A DNA stretch of 60,766 nucleotides, filler included, from Globobulimina sp. (taxonomy: Eukaryota): assembly GCA_003354225.1 (NCBI GenBank). It is 18 parts of 18 records of this genome, joined end to end, with 100 filler letters (N's around TTAATTAATTAA, not from the genome) between each part and the next. Parts side by side here need not be neighbours in the genome. Positions count along the whole stretch, not along the records: positions 30,444 to 33,724 come from PIVH01003207.1; positions 33,825 to 37,105 come from PIVH01003208.1; positions 37,206 to 40,486 come from PIVH01003209.1; positions 40,587 to 43,866 come from PIVH01003210.1; positions 43,967 to 47,246 come from PIVH01003211.1; 13 more parts are not named here. One strand, given 5' to 3'. The position numbers were made by a program, and so were the translations under genes. Every line of letters begins with the position of its first letter. Position 1 is the first letter of the stretch. Below, one piece after another: positions 32,300-44,015 of the stretch. The notes beneath the pieces are model-generated. The model was not told the DNA's origin and searched no databases. It saw only the letters and a list, made by a program, of their open reading frames with translations.

Positions 32300-33604
32300 T
32301 TAATTAAATTGAATATCACTAAAGGCGTGATATAAGCGTTGATGTTTATCATTGGCTCTATTAAAACAGCATAATAACATATCATTGGTTTTGAAGGAAT
32401 ATTGACTCATTTTCAATGCATGCTCAACATTTAAATTAACTGAAATTATATTGATGCCATATTCATATAATCGTATTTCAGACAATGTTTTACTAATAAA
32501 ATGAGACGGTACCCGTATATAAACAATATAATATTTAATTAATTCGGCACAAAACTCTTGAAAACGAATACTATTTTTATTACTTATAATAATCGAATCG
32601 ATATCTAATAAATGAATGGATATATATTTATTGAAAAATGATTTTATATCTTTCGCCAATCCAAATGTTATTAAATAATCATTCCGTTTTAATATTTGTT
32701 TTGTATTTGGTATTTGTGTCGAATAATTAATTGATATTAAATTCATTCCATTTTGTCGTATTTTCGATTCATTTAATGATACATTGATTAAATTTGACGG
32801 TGTTTGAAAAATAAAACAGTTTTTTTCAAAAAAACTATATAAGACATCATACATATTATTAATATTATAAATATCATTCATATCATTCTGTGTTTGAGGT
32901 AAAACTGGTAATAAATGATGTAATTTTAATTTCTTTTGTTTTGGTTGATGTAATACGGTTTGTAACGGTGTAATTGGTGCAATTGGAACAAATGCACGTT
33001 TTTTATTGGTTTTTTGATGATATTTTTGTGCTCTATGCCTTGAACAATGTCCTTCCGTATCTCTAATAACTAATTCCTTGCACCCTTCAATTGAGCATAA
33101 ATGCATTTCCATGCTAATATAGTTTGGTAATTTACTTTGAAAAATCTCAATTGCATTTTCTATCAATATTTTTGCAGAATGAATACTGGTTTTTGCAGAA
33201 TGTACTGAACGCACTATAAAATTAGCTATAATTAAACCACTTTCCTTGCGATTCCGTACGGTGAAATATACACATTCCAAATTATGAGATTTTAATAGTT
33301 GTTTAACGCCATTGTCATGCAACTCATTTTCTTTTGCAATTTGCTTCCATGTCAGGGCCTTACTGCTCTCATTTTGTATATTAAGTACAAATCTGCTTTT
33401 TATTTCTAATTCATTTTTACTTTGTTTCTCTAAATATGAATATTTATATTTCCATTCGTCAACAAAACTTGATTTTGAACCATTTGTACCACCTCGACAT
33501 ATTCTCGAATGTTGACCAAACTGACCTTGCGTATAAAATGTACGGAAACATGTTTGGCATTCGATTAATTTTAGATCTTTACGATCCGCTGACATCTGCG
33601 ACAT
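32300..33604 (-). CDS. Zinc-finger protein with two C-terminal TrkA_C (RCK_C)-like domains
   Basis: CQTCFRTF..GQHSRIC; CSIEGC..GHCSRH; QTPSNLINVSLNESKIRQNGMNLISI..PNTKQILKRNDYLITFG and RVPSHFISKTLSEIRLYEYGINIISV..FKTNDMLLCC. Confidence 0.68.
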   Translation of the reverse strand: MSQMSADRKDLKLIECQTCFRTFYTQGQFGQHSRICRGGTNGSKSSFVDEWKYKYSYLEKQSKNELEIKSRFVLNIQNESSKALTWKQIAKENELHDNGVKQLLKSHNLECVYFTVRNRKESGLIIANFIVRSVHSAKTSIHSAKILIENAIEIFQSKLPNYISMEMHLCSIEGCKELVIRDTEGHCSRHRAQKYHQKTNKKRAFVPIAPITPLQTVLHQPKQKKLKLHHLLPVLPQTQNDMNDIYNINNMYDVLYSFFEKNCFIFQTPSNLINVSLNESKIRQNGMNLISINYSTQIPNTKQILKRNDYLITFGLAKDIKSFFNKYISIHLLDIDSIIISNKNSIRFQEFCAELIKYYIVYIRVPSHFISKTLSEIRLYEYGINIISVNLNVEHALKMSQYSFKTNDMLLCCFNRANDKHQRLYHAFSDIQFN

Positions 33605-33824
33605 GCTCAAGAAAAAAAGTAGGAAGTGGACGTGGAACAAAAAAAAAAGAATACTTCAACGTTACAATGGGCAGTCTTGTAACCATTTGCCTCCTTTGAA
33701 ATGATACAAAATAAATTTAATTAANNNNNNNNNNNNNNNNNNNNNNNNNNNNNNNNNNNNNNNNNNNNTTAATTAATTAANNNNNNNNNNNNNNNNNNNN
33801 NNNNNNNNNNNNNNNNNNNNNNNN

Positions 33825-33943
33825 TTTTGGCTTAGTTTCGTTTCATTTCAACGATTGGCAAGGTTTTTGGGTTAGCTAGAGACTAGAGTGGTTTTCAACC
33901 TTCAGTTACACACGCACAGTGATCACCAATCAGAAGATATGAG
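33825..33943 (+). repeat. 119-bp terminal direct repeat, left copy
   Basis: TTTTGGCTTAGTTTCG...CAGAAGATATGAG identical to 36987-37105. Confidence 0.97.
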
Positions 33944-34220
33944 CCAGCAAATACCACCAACAAAAATAAATTGCATTATTTCAAACAGTTCAAGCGCTTG
34001 ATATACTATTGGTTGTTTGTGATAACTCATAAATTTACGTTATTTGATTCATTTTCAAATGGTGTATGAAATAACGACAATAATCATTTTAAAATAACGG
34101 TTTTTGTACCGAATTAACAGTGCACTGGTAAACCTAAATAAATAAATAAAAAAGACTGTGCTGGTAAACTAAAAAAGCATCTTTCTGTTCCATTAAACAA
34201 ATACATCGGTAAAATATCAT

Positions 34221-36888
34221 ATGAAGTCAACGAGAGGCCTACGATTAACACAGGTTTCAACAGAAACTGATTATGAAACTGAAGATGATGAAAGTGATAT
34301 TGAACAACAAAAATTTGTGGTAACATCCAAACCGGACAAATGTGTCATTTGTCAAAATAAAAAATGCAAATTCGTTTGTATTGTATTCAGCATTATCGCA
34401 ACGTTTATATTTTGCGTTTTTGTAATTAATTTTATATTTTCGCAAACCGAATCAAACGAAAAAATTATGAATGAAGAGGAAGGATTGTTAGTAATCGAAG
34501 ATTTAATGCGATTAAATATTAGCTACGATTATTTTAATAATGATGAAAAGGAAGAATATATTGACTCCTTTGGTGTATTTGATAAAGATAATGATAAATC
34601 ATTGAATCAAACTGAATTTATGACTTATTTTAAATTACAAATGTTAAGTTTTTTTGTACACTTTTTTCAGATCCAACAAAAGTTTAAATTTTAAAATATG
34701 TGTTCAAACAGTAATAATTGGGCTATATTTGACAGAATCGATGTTAATTCGGACGATATCTTAAGTTTTGCAGAATGTGTGTCGTATTTACAAGAAATTA
34801 ATAAAATAACTGAAGTTCACATTGATTTAATAACCACCATCACCCAGCAAATCATAGTTCATTATGGAGTTGAAATTGAAGAAACTGAATTAAACTCTTT
34901 ATTTTTACAATATGCTGCGATATTTTTGTATTTTGAAGAATTTGATCATGATTTAAATGGATTTATCAATAAAAATGATTACTTAGTGATCTCTGCACGA
35001 AATCAATTCAATGCCATTGATCTCAACAAAGATTATAAAATCACGCCGAATGAATTAAGGTAGTGCAGGAATTAAAAAATAATATTCGTATCTAAGTGGA
35101 CGACTATTTAATGGATGTCCATGATATAAATTAGTCAGAAACAGAAACAAAAAGCATATGTTTTTTATAATTGAAAATGTGTATATGCTACAAATAAAAC
35201 ATATATTTGAATATCACGACCTCTCATTTGTAACATCTATACATCACAATTATAAAAATACCTCTGTTTGGCTGTTTGGCTGTTTCTGAATATCATGTTA
35301 ATTGTTGATATTGTATTATTTTTTAATTCTAAGCATTGTATTATACGGTGATTTATCCACCGACTATTCATGGACCAGCAAATTAAAAAATATTTTCGGA
35401 GACAATTATAAAACGGTTATGCACACATTACAAAAAGTTGAGGCAACTCCAGAAATCGTTGAAAGTGTATCGCAAAACTTGAAAATATCACCATTAGAAA
35501 TTAATAATATTGCAAATAGAATGCAACAAAACACCACATTAAAAGATGCAAATAAACAACATATTTGTTTCAGAAATAATTATTGTTATTTTTCATATTT
35601 TGGTACAGACACTAAAGACACAAAACATATTTTTTATCCACCAGTTATTCATGAAATATTTGATCCCATTTTGCCAAATAATAAATTGCATACAGACGAA
35701 GAAAATGAAAGAATCAACGAAGCTCAAAATATATGTAACAAACAAAATTGTTGTCGTGAAGATGATGACAAGTTATATTCTTCCAATCCACAGCAATCAG
35801 CCTGTCCAAACCTTGAATATTTACAATGTTTATCGCCTGAAAACGAATGTGTTTGGGATTGTTTATTACCGCAAGAAAATAATGACAATGCTATGCATTT
35901 TAAACGTGTATTTAAAGGCATTGATCGCCGCATTTCTCATAAAATTGAACATCCTCAAACCACAAAAGAGAAAGAAACCGCCACTGCGAATGAAATAAAT
36001 ATGGATTATTTATCGTTAGAAGCAATGGATGAATGTGGTACAATCTATGAATACGAATTGACGAATATTATAAATGACGCATATGATCATAAAAAAGCAG
36101 TACATGCAAAGGAAGCAGATAAGGATGGACATCGCAGATTGCGTAGAGTTTCAAAAGCAGGCGAAATGAATGAAGATTTGCGCCGGAAATTAGGTGTGCT
36201 CGGTACCGATGGTCGAGTGGGTGTGACATGGTTTGCGTCGCCATGGTATAAAAATGTTTTCCTAAGATTTGATACTAGCGAAGGTACAATGAGATGTTCG
36301 GGTGCCTTGATATCGCCAAAGCATGTCTTAACAGCTGGACATTGTGTATCTGATGGAGTTGGTAATTTCTTCTCCAATTTTGAAATCTATCCCAGTTATA
36401 ATGCCGGGAATACCCAAACATATTTCACATCGACACATGTCGTAGCTTTCCGTGGTTGGCATTCTCACAGTGACTATAATTGGGATATTGGCATAATTAC
36501 ATTGGATACAACAGATACAGGATATGGATGGTTTTCCTTTGGTTTTGATGATGATATATCCACAGTGGACTGGTTTGGAGTGAATGGATATCCCGCGGAT
36601 AAAGGCAAAATTCTTCAACATCAATGGATCCAAATGGACCAAGAGGTGGATTATAATTTAATGCTGACCAGAACGGGTGATCTGGTCGGTGGTAATTCTG
36701 GGGGACCGGCTTGGATGTGGTCATCGCAGATTATTTATGGAGTGGTCTCTCATGAAACATATACTGGCTATTCTCCCAAAGTTTATTTACATAATAGTAT
36801 GGCTCGAATAACCAATGAAAAATATCATGCAATTTGTGGTTATTTGCGAGGTTTTAACCAAACCGTCGATCATTGCCTACAAAATTGA
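34221..36888 (+). CDS. Type II membrane EF-hand protein fused to a trypsin-fold (V8/glutamyl endopeptidase-like) serine protease; exons 34221-34642, 34712-35059, 35334-36888 (~774 aa)
   Basis: TM FVCIVFSIIATFIFCVFVINFIF; EF loops DKDNDKSLNQTE, DVNSDDILSFAE, DHDLNGFINKND, DLNKDYKITPNE; CSGALISPKHVLTAGHC, WDIGII, NGYPADK, GGNSGGP; both GT-AG introns restore frame. Confidence 0.8.
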
Positions 36889-36986
36889 CAGAGTATATAT
36901 TATTTGATCAGGACAGAGGCGGCATACCGTTGCCTGCAATTTGTAATTGGAGAAAAATATTTGATTCAAAGCAAAGTTTACACAAA

Positions 36987-37105
36987 TTTTGGCTTAGTTT
37001 CGTTTCATTTCAACGATTGGCAAGGTTTTTGGGTTAGCTAGAGACTAGAGTGGTTTTCAACCTTCAGTTACACACGCACAGTGATCACCAATCAGAAGAT
37101 ATGAG
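36987..37105 (+). repeat. 119-bp terminal direct repeat, right copy
   Basis: Identical to 33825-33943 and ends exactly at the contig end. Confidence 0.97.
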
Positions 37106-37290
37106 NNNNNNNNNNNNNNNNNNNNNNNNNNNNNNNNNNNNNNNNNNNNTTAATTAATTAANNNNNNNNNNNNNNNNNNNNNNNNNNNNNNNNNNNNNNN
37201 NNNNNATGGTAATTAAATATTATGTACAGTGCAACATTATGTATATCAGAATTATTGCGGAGTTATAAATAATTGTATTTTACACGACCA

Positions 37291-38273
37291 TCAGTAAAAT
37301 ACTTTGACATATACTGCATCTGAAAATGTGTTTTTATATTTTTCGCAGGGCACTGGATCAAATGGCAACCACTGCGATACACTATTCCATGCAGATACTG
37401 TTGCTCCGAAGTACAAGAGCCCAATGGGTGAACTTTTCCCTTCAATTATAAGACCCATATCGCAATCAAAATCTTCATCTAATTCTTGCGCATTTCCATT
37501 TTCTGTTAAAAGTATTCTTGCAGATATAACATAAACTGCTTCATTATCCATGATTCTTATTTCATTTTTCAACTCAAAATTCCATTCATAACCTCCATTC
37601 TCAAACGATTTAGCCACCACAACAGACACAAATTCTACAGTCACAAATTCTGTGTCAAGGTCCAGAGCTCCAACTTTAAAGCCGAAGCAATTCGCGAAAG
37701 CCGTGCACATATTTGAATATGATTCGGCTTTTCTTAATTTTTCCTGCATCTCTCGCATAATTACTAATGTTTTACTTTGATCACATTCACAAAGAAATTC
37801 ATGTTCAGCAAGATCTCGTTTTATTCCTTGCCATTCGCAACCAATCTCAGCAAAGCTACAAATTACTTTTCCATATTCACATTCGTTCATTTCATGTTGC
37901 TGCAATTTCGAATGCATTACTTTCTGACCACATCCCTGATGTTTACATGCTACTAAACGAATTGCGAGCGCTTTCTCCGCAAATCTGCATCTAATCGGCT
38001 TTTCCATATTCAAACGTATTCTGCATAATGGACATTTCATGCCAGTTATTTGGGGGTAGCATACTGAACAAATAAAGCAACCATTCTGACAATGAAATAT
38101 TTGGTGTGCAGGTGGTTCTCGACATATACAGCAATCTATTTATCAGATAATTAAAAAGCACACAACATTAAATTATTTTATCATATATATGTACCATATT
38201 CTGATAAATCAATAATTTGAGTTGAATTTGAATTTTCGACATTGTTTAAAGTTCCGTTGACTGGATTATCCAT
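37291..38273 (-). CDS. SINA/TRAF-type RING + zinc-finger protein (CYHR1/SIAH-like), intron 38136-38194
   Basis: Spliced EYDCCICREPP..IFHCQNGCFICSVC..CPLCR; IRCRFAEKAL; CKHQGC..HEMNEC..CSFAEIGCEWQG..HEFLC; C-terminal beta-rich domain. Confidence 0.82.
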
Positions 38274-38350
38274 AGCGTTCAAAGCTGACTTAAAGTGAAG
38301 TTTTTTTACCACTGCTGGCTTAAATTTAAATAAAAATATGAATTTATAGA

Positions 38351-39322
38351 TTACGGTACATCGTCATTATCATCAATAAAGTCAGTATCCTGTGGTAATA
38401 CAATAAACTCAACCCAGCCATGGGTATCCGAGTCACCGAAAATATGTTGAATTTGTATTGAATTTTGTTGATTAAAATTAATTCGCATTACATTCGATTT
38501 AGCAATAGCTCTTAAGGCCGGACGTATTAAACTCAGTCTGAATTGATATTTTGCCGTTTGATTAAACTCAAATAAACTACAAATATCATAATGCATTGGT
38601 ACAGTTCCTTGGAACTGCAATGTATCCGATGTAACGCCGATTGTTATCGATGATATAATTTGCTCCGGATCCTCTGATTTTTTTTCTTCATCATTACCAT
38701 CCAATAAATTGCTGAGCATATCATCTTCATTCCCCTTTTTCACATAAAACCAAACAATGTCCTCATTTTTAGCGAGTGCATCAATTTCATTAAAAATATC
38801 TTTGAAATACACAGATTTTACAGTCATTCGATTAATAATTCTATGTTCATTCCATCGTAAATCTGGTATATCTTCCTCTAATTCTTTAAGTGTATAAATA
38901 TCACATTCTGTCACGCATTTTTGCTGAAAATCTGACAAAAATACTCTCAAACAATCATCTGATTTCTTATATGGCAAAATGTATTGACAATTTGTCCCAA
39001 ATAAAGTTAAAACGTGTATTAATTTCGAAATATCCACACAAAAGTCAACACTCTCAGAATCCAATAAGTCAAATTGTGGGAAATACGTTTTTCTGATGGC
39101 ACAACGAACTATCATTGATTTTGCTTTTTGTGAAATCAATGTTATTCCAGCATCTTGAATATGTATTTGTGTTAATTGTTGATCTTTTTTTCGTCCAAAA
39201 TGCATTGCTCTTAACATATTTGACAATGTTCCCAACAATTCACCACGACAACTAAATTCTACATTGCTGTTATTACTACTCACATTGCTAACATTTGACA
39301 TATCGCCTTGTAGTGACGCCAT
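38351..39322 (-). CDS. RAD1: 9-1-1 checkpoint clamp subunit Rad1
   Basis: LSNMLRAMHF..GITLISQKAK..F.QF; LIHVLTLFG; YQFRLSLIRPALRAIAKS..IQIQH..WVEFIVLP match the Rad1/Rec1 pattern. Confidence 0.82.
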   Translation of the reverse strand: MASLQGDMSNVSNVSSNNSNVEFSCRGELLGTLSNMLRAMHFGRKKDQQLTQIHIQDAGITLISQKAKSMIVRCAIRKTYFPQFDLLDSESVDFCVDISKLIHVLTLFGTNCQYILPYKKSDDCLRVFLSDFQQKCVTECDIYTLKELEEDIPDLRWNEHRIINRMTVKSVYFKDIFNEIDALAKNEDIVWFYVKKGNEDDMLSNLLDGNDEEKKSEDPEQIISSITIGVTSDTLQFQGTVPMHYDICSLFEFNQTAKYQFRLSLIRPALRAIAKSNVMRINFNQQNSIQIQHIFGDSDTHGWVEFIVLPQDTDFIDDNDDVP

Positions 39323-39374
39323 TGTATTGACAAAAAAAAGGTTTTTTAACTTTTAATAGATAATTAGTAAAAAC

Positions 39375-40103
39375 ATGACTGCTTGGACTGTATTTATGAA
39401 TGCTTCAATTGTAGCGCTGTTCCAAGGATTTGGATCGATCCCTTTGTATATGTTTAATGACTTTCATGGCTCAACAGCAGCATACCTAACTATTGCAGCA
39501 TGCGGCATGATGGTGGGCACAGGATGTTTATTAATGGCATCAGTAGAATATGATGAACGGATTGGACTCATCATTGGTTTACTATTTGGTTGGATTTTAG
39601 TGTGGTTGGCATCGGTAGGGATAAAATTTATGCAACCAACTATGACAAAATCAAACCAACAAATAATAATTGTAATATTGACAATGACAGTCCACAGTTT
39701 AGGAGAGGGGTCCTCGATTGGTGTGGCAGCAGGCTCTTCGAATAGCGACTTGTCATCAAATGTGATATTATCATTGGCGTTGCACAACATTCCGGAAGGG
39801 TTAGCAACCTGTTTATATCTGGTTGGCCGTGGCATGAATAAACACAAAGCCACTTTGTATTCAATGTCGTGTGATATACCATTGCCGTTAACTGCAGTTC
39901 CGGCTTACGTCTTTGTTGAAACATTTACGCCGCTCTTATCATTCTCTTTAGGATTTGCAGCGGGTGCTATGTTTTATATTTCTTTTTGTGAATTGATGCC
40001 GGAATGTCTAGAAATAATACCGGCCTCTAACATAATGGACAGAGCAATCATGTGGACTACATTTGTATTGTCGATAGCTTTTGTATATCTAGTCTCGGAT
40101 TAA
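39375..40103 (+). CDS. ZIP-family (ZupT/GufA-like) zinc/iron permease
   Basis: TMTVHSLGEGSSIGV; LALHNIPEGLA; GFAAGAMFYISFCELMPE. Confidence 0.92.
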   Translation: MTAWTVFMNASIVALFQGFGSIPLYMFNDFHGSTAAYLTIAACGMMVGTGCLLMASVEYDERIGLIIGLLFGWILVWLASVGIKFMQPTMTKSNQQIIIVILTMTVHSLGEGSSIGVAAGSSNSDLSSNVILSLALHNIPEGLATCLYLVGRGMNKHKATLYSMSCDIPLPLTAVPAYVFVETFTPLLSFSLGFAAGAMFYISFCELMPECLEIIPASNIMDRAIMWTTFVLSIAFVYLVSD

Positions 40104-40248
40104 AATTAATAAATTGACAGAATTTTAATGTAATGTGCAAGGAGTTATTTACACGTTTCTTTTCAGTAAAGATAAGCCATATTCAATTAACTCTTTCTGG
40201 TCACACAATTCTAAGAAATGTATCATCTCAATTCCACCCAATATTACA

Positions 40249-40304
40249 AACAATTTGAAACTGCATTAACAATTTGAAACTGCATTAACAATTTGAAACT
40301 GCAT
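40249..40304. repeat. 19-bp tandem repeat x3 (AACAATTTGAAACTGCATT)
   Basis: Read directly. Confidence 0.9.
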
Positions 40305-40586
40305 GCCATTTTTTCTTTTGCCCAAAAATATCGATATCATCAAAATCTGTGCCATCGCATATAATATGCCATTTTCATCAAAATCATGTTCAAATTCATT
40401 GAATGCTTAGCACAATAAAATTGAGATCATTAATGGATCAATTAACCAAAAAACATGGAAACAGACTAACACACAATCTTGTTTTTNNNNNNNNNNNNNN
40501 NNNNNNNNNNNNNNNNNNNNNNNNNNNNNNTTAATTAATTAANNNNNNNNNNNNNNNNNNNNNNNNNNNNNNNNNNNNNNNNNNNN

Positions 40587-43500
40587 CTCTCATCAAATTT
40601 ATATATGTCATAGCAATATTTGTACATGTCGGACATACCATGTATAGCGGCATCTAGCTCACAGTGATCAATTGAGCTTCTTATACCGGTATGGTATGCC
40701 CCGTAACAAAATGTACTGATACCATTCGAGCAATTTGTGTCCAATGACACATACTTTTCTCTCCTTAATTCATCTAAATCCGCCTTATTCAAATAATACT
40801 CCAAATTACAAGACCAATAACCCGCTCCTCCACACATATCCTTATTGGAGCCATCTGAGAATACGAGCTGAATGTTCTTATTTTCCACCTTATACATTTC
40901 ATTGGGGTCCAAATCATAACAATAAAGGCTGTCCGCCCACGTTTCAGCCCACTCCTTACTGAATGACAGCTTCTCCATCGGATCTTCGCTTCTTTCATAC
41001 GTTAAATTCTTCGGAATCTGCACGAAATCACATTGGTAAGAAATTCGTTTAGGAACGATTTCATATTCGATATCTTTCATAAAATTATAGTCCGAATTTT
41101 TCAGACACTTCGCAGCATCAAATATTTCGTACATTATATGGTATCGGCCTTTATATTTTCGTCGATATCTTCTCGGCGCTTTTTTCTCTCGAAACTCCAT
41201 TTCTATCTTATTCCCATCACTAAAACGCCAATCTTCGCTCATCCCATGCCTTCGTATCTCATTATGTACGATTATATCCAATGAATTTCTGTCTCCGTTT
41301 ACATTTTTTGACGACTGATTTGTGACAAAATACTCCATTTTCTCATTGCTTCTTTCTTTGCTCCAAACCGACCAATAATTCTTTCCAATGATATCGCTTA
41401 AAATATTCGTGTCTGGAGACCTAATTAAACGCGACCAGAATGTGGATTTTTTCTGCAAAATAACATCATCGATGTCAGTCTCTCCAATTTGTACATGTTG
41501 CCAAATAATAGGATTTGAGCGCGGCGTTCCATTGCAATGCCTTATCATATCGTTATATAACGACCTTAATTTCGGTGCCAATGGATGCTTTTCAGCATAC
41601 CATATTTCTGCGGCATACAAAATCTTCGGAAACACGAAGGCTTTGTATATATTAATCAAATATCTTGACAATAAGTCCGATGCGTGTTTGTATCGATTGT
41701 ATACATTCACGAATGCGCGCCTTCCATTACTTATAATTTTCTCATACTGATGGTTCCAATTTAAATTCCAATCTATCCACACCCCGAGATATCTCACCGG
41801 CGCGTACTTCTTAGTAATCTCCTTTCCATCCATTACAATGTCCAAATACATTTGTTTGTGTTTCTTTTTATCCAATTTATCATCAATAACCATGTAATTT
41901 TGCTTGCTCGGCTGCAGAAATAAGCGCTTTCTCTTCGATATATAGCTAATCAAATCAATCGCTTCTTGGATATTTCTCTGTAACTCCGCTCCAGACACAC
42001 TTCCATCGGACACTAAATTGTTATCATCCGCATAACCAATCAGCGTCAGACCCAAATCCATCTCATTTATCACATCAAATTCAACCGTAAAAAAGATAAA
42101 TAATACGGGCGACGGCGGCCATCCTTGCGGCACTCCACAAACATCCTGACGCCATTCGCTATAAAACCCGTATACTCTCACTCTGCCCCAACGATATTCT
42201 AATGATACAAATAAGTATTTTAGTGCAAATCCGGTAATACCAATATCAAATTCAATGCATTCTAAAATCATTCGATGCTGCAACGTATCAAACGCAGCTT
42301 TAAAATCAATCAAAATCAAATGCGTCTCCTTTCGAATAATTCTGTTATTCCATATTAATTCCACCAAATAAGCAATGGTATCGACACAACCAATGCCTTT
42401 AATGAAGCCAAAATGCCGTAATCTGATTATTTTCATCTTCATTCCGTACGTAAGGTACCTTCCAGCCATCCATTTGTCGAATGGATTGCTGCAGCTCGAC
42501 AACAATGACACCGGCCGATAGCTATCCATATATTTAGCTTCCTTGCCGGCCTTCAAAATCACAGAAATGTCCCTAATGTTCATGGACTTTACTCTCAATC
42601 CCATAATGAACAATATATTATAGCATCGATATAAGCCTTCTTCTAAAATATCTATTCCTTTCTGCAACAGCGTATAATTTGATTTATCGCTGTTTCCCGC
42701 CTTCTTTCTGCTGAATGACATCACAATTTTTCTAACTTCATCCAATCTCATCAATGAATTCATTTTTTTTGTTTCTTCCAAATGCAATTTAGTGCCAAAT
42801 TTCGCTCGATTTTTTTGCCGATATTTGCTGATTATTTTATCAAATTTATCATTCCCAATTTCCTCTCTTTCTTCCTCCATTTCATCATCATCGAATCTAT
42901 GGATATATCTTAGATAATTATTTGCTTTGTCGATCGATTTAATTGCATCGACTGTGCCATCTTTCTTATACCAAACCGGAATCATATCCGATGCGGCCTT
43001 GTCATACTTAATTATTTTATTGATTTTCTTCCATGGCATACGTCCATCGCTGGCCATGCCTCGTATTTCGTCCTTCAACCACGCGATTCTTCCCATTTCA
43101 CACAAATTGTTTCTCGCCGCTTTCTTTTCCTCCAATATCCCTTTACATTTTTTCTTTTTCTTTTTTGAGAATGTCCCAAAACGCTTTTTATAACACTTAA
43201 AGTCCGAGATAGCCCTTCGGATTTTTAGTGTCATCCACGGCATCGTTTTTCCCTTCACTTTCTATCTCAGTCCCAATACGTCCATCGATGTGTCAATAAT
43301 GACATTTTTAAAGTAAGTCTCGACCGCATCAATGATATCGTCCTCTGTCATGCCACCATAATCTAATAAGCGCTGCCGATTAATATCCGTTACTCCGTCA
43401 CCATAAACCTCCAAATAGCGGTCAATTATTTCATTTATTTTGTCGCCAAAATTCTTATTCCACTCTGCCACTTTGTCGCTGAGCTCCGCCTCCCACTGCG

Positions 43501-43866
43501 TCCAATTTCTATCTTCTCCCAATTTTATAGCATATTCATCGGGAGATTTCTCATACAAATCGCCTTTATTATGAAATGTATACATACACACATGGTCCGA
43601 GAAGTACTTCCCATCGCTACACTCACTGAAGTCTTCTGACCAGCTCTCCCAATCTCCGTTCGTTGCGTACGTATTTACCATAACAACATCCGGCGCCGTC
43701 CTCTGTTTCTTCCTAATTCTGGTTGGTTTGCCATCATTTAAAATGGACCACTTTCGAAGATATACCCATTCAGCTAAGATATCACCGCATTTCCTGGCCT
43801 TTGAGCTTCGTATTTCGCCCTCAAACCAAGCCTTATTATGTTCATTAAAATCGCCTCCCTTCCAAA
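40587..43866 (-). mobile_element. Non-LTR retrotransposon (LINE) pol ORF: APE endonuclease - reverse transcriptase - RNase H, one in-frame TAG at 43262-43264, truncated at both contig ends
   Basis: GGDFNEH..W, ILNDGKPT, FSDH (endonuclease); YRPVSLLS, DFKAAFD, GVPQG, YADD, YLGVWID (RT); VFSDGS..GGAG..ELDAA (RNase H). Confidence 0.93.
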
Positions 43867-44015
43867 NNNNNNNNNNNNNNNNNNNNNNNNNNNNNNNNNN
43901 NNNNNNNNNNTTAATTAATTAANNNNNNNNNNNNNNNNNNNNNNNNNNNNNNNNNNNNNNNNNNNNGTCATCATATGTATCATAATAATATTTTACTTTC
44001 CTATTAATATTTACA

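Noticed and set aside
40587-43258. Retron, DGR or group II intron reverse transcriptase
   Set aside because: The upstream APE endonuclease (GDFN, SDH) and downstream RNase H identify a eukaryotic LINE
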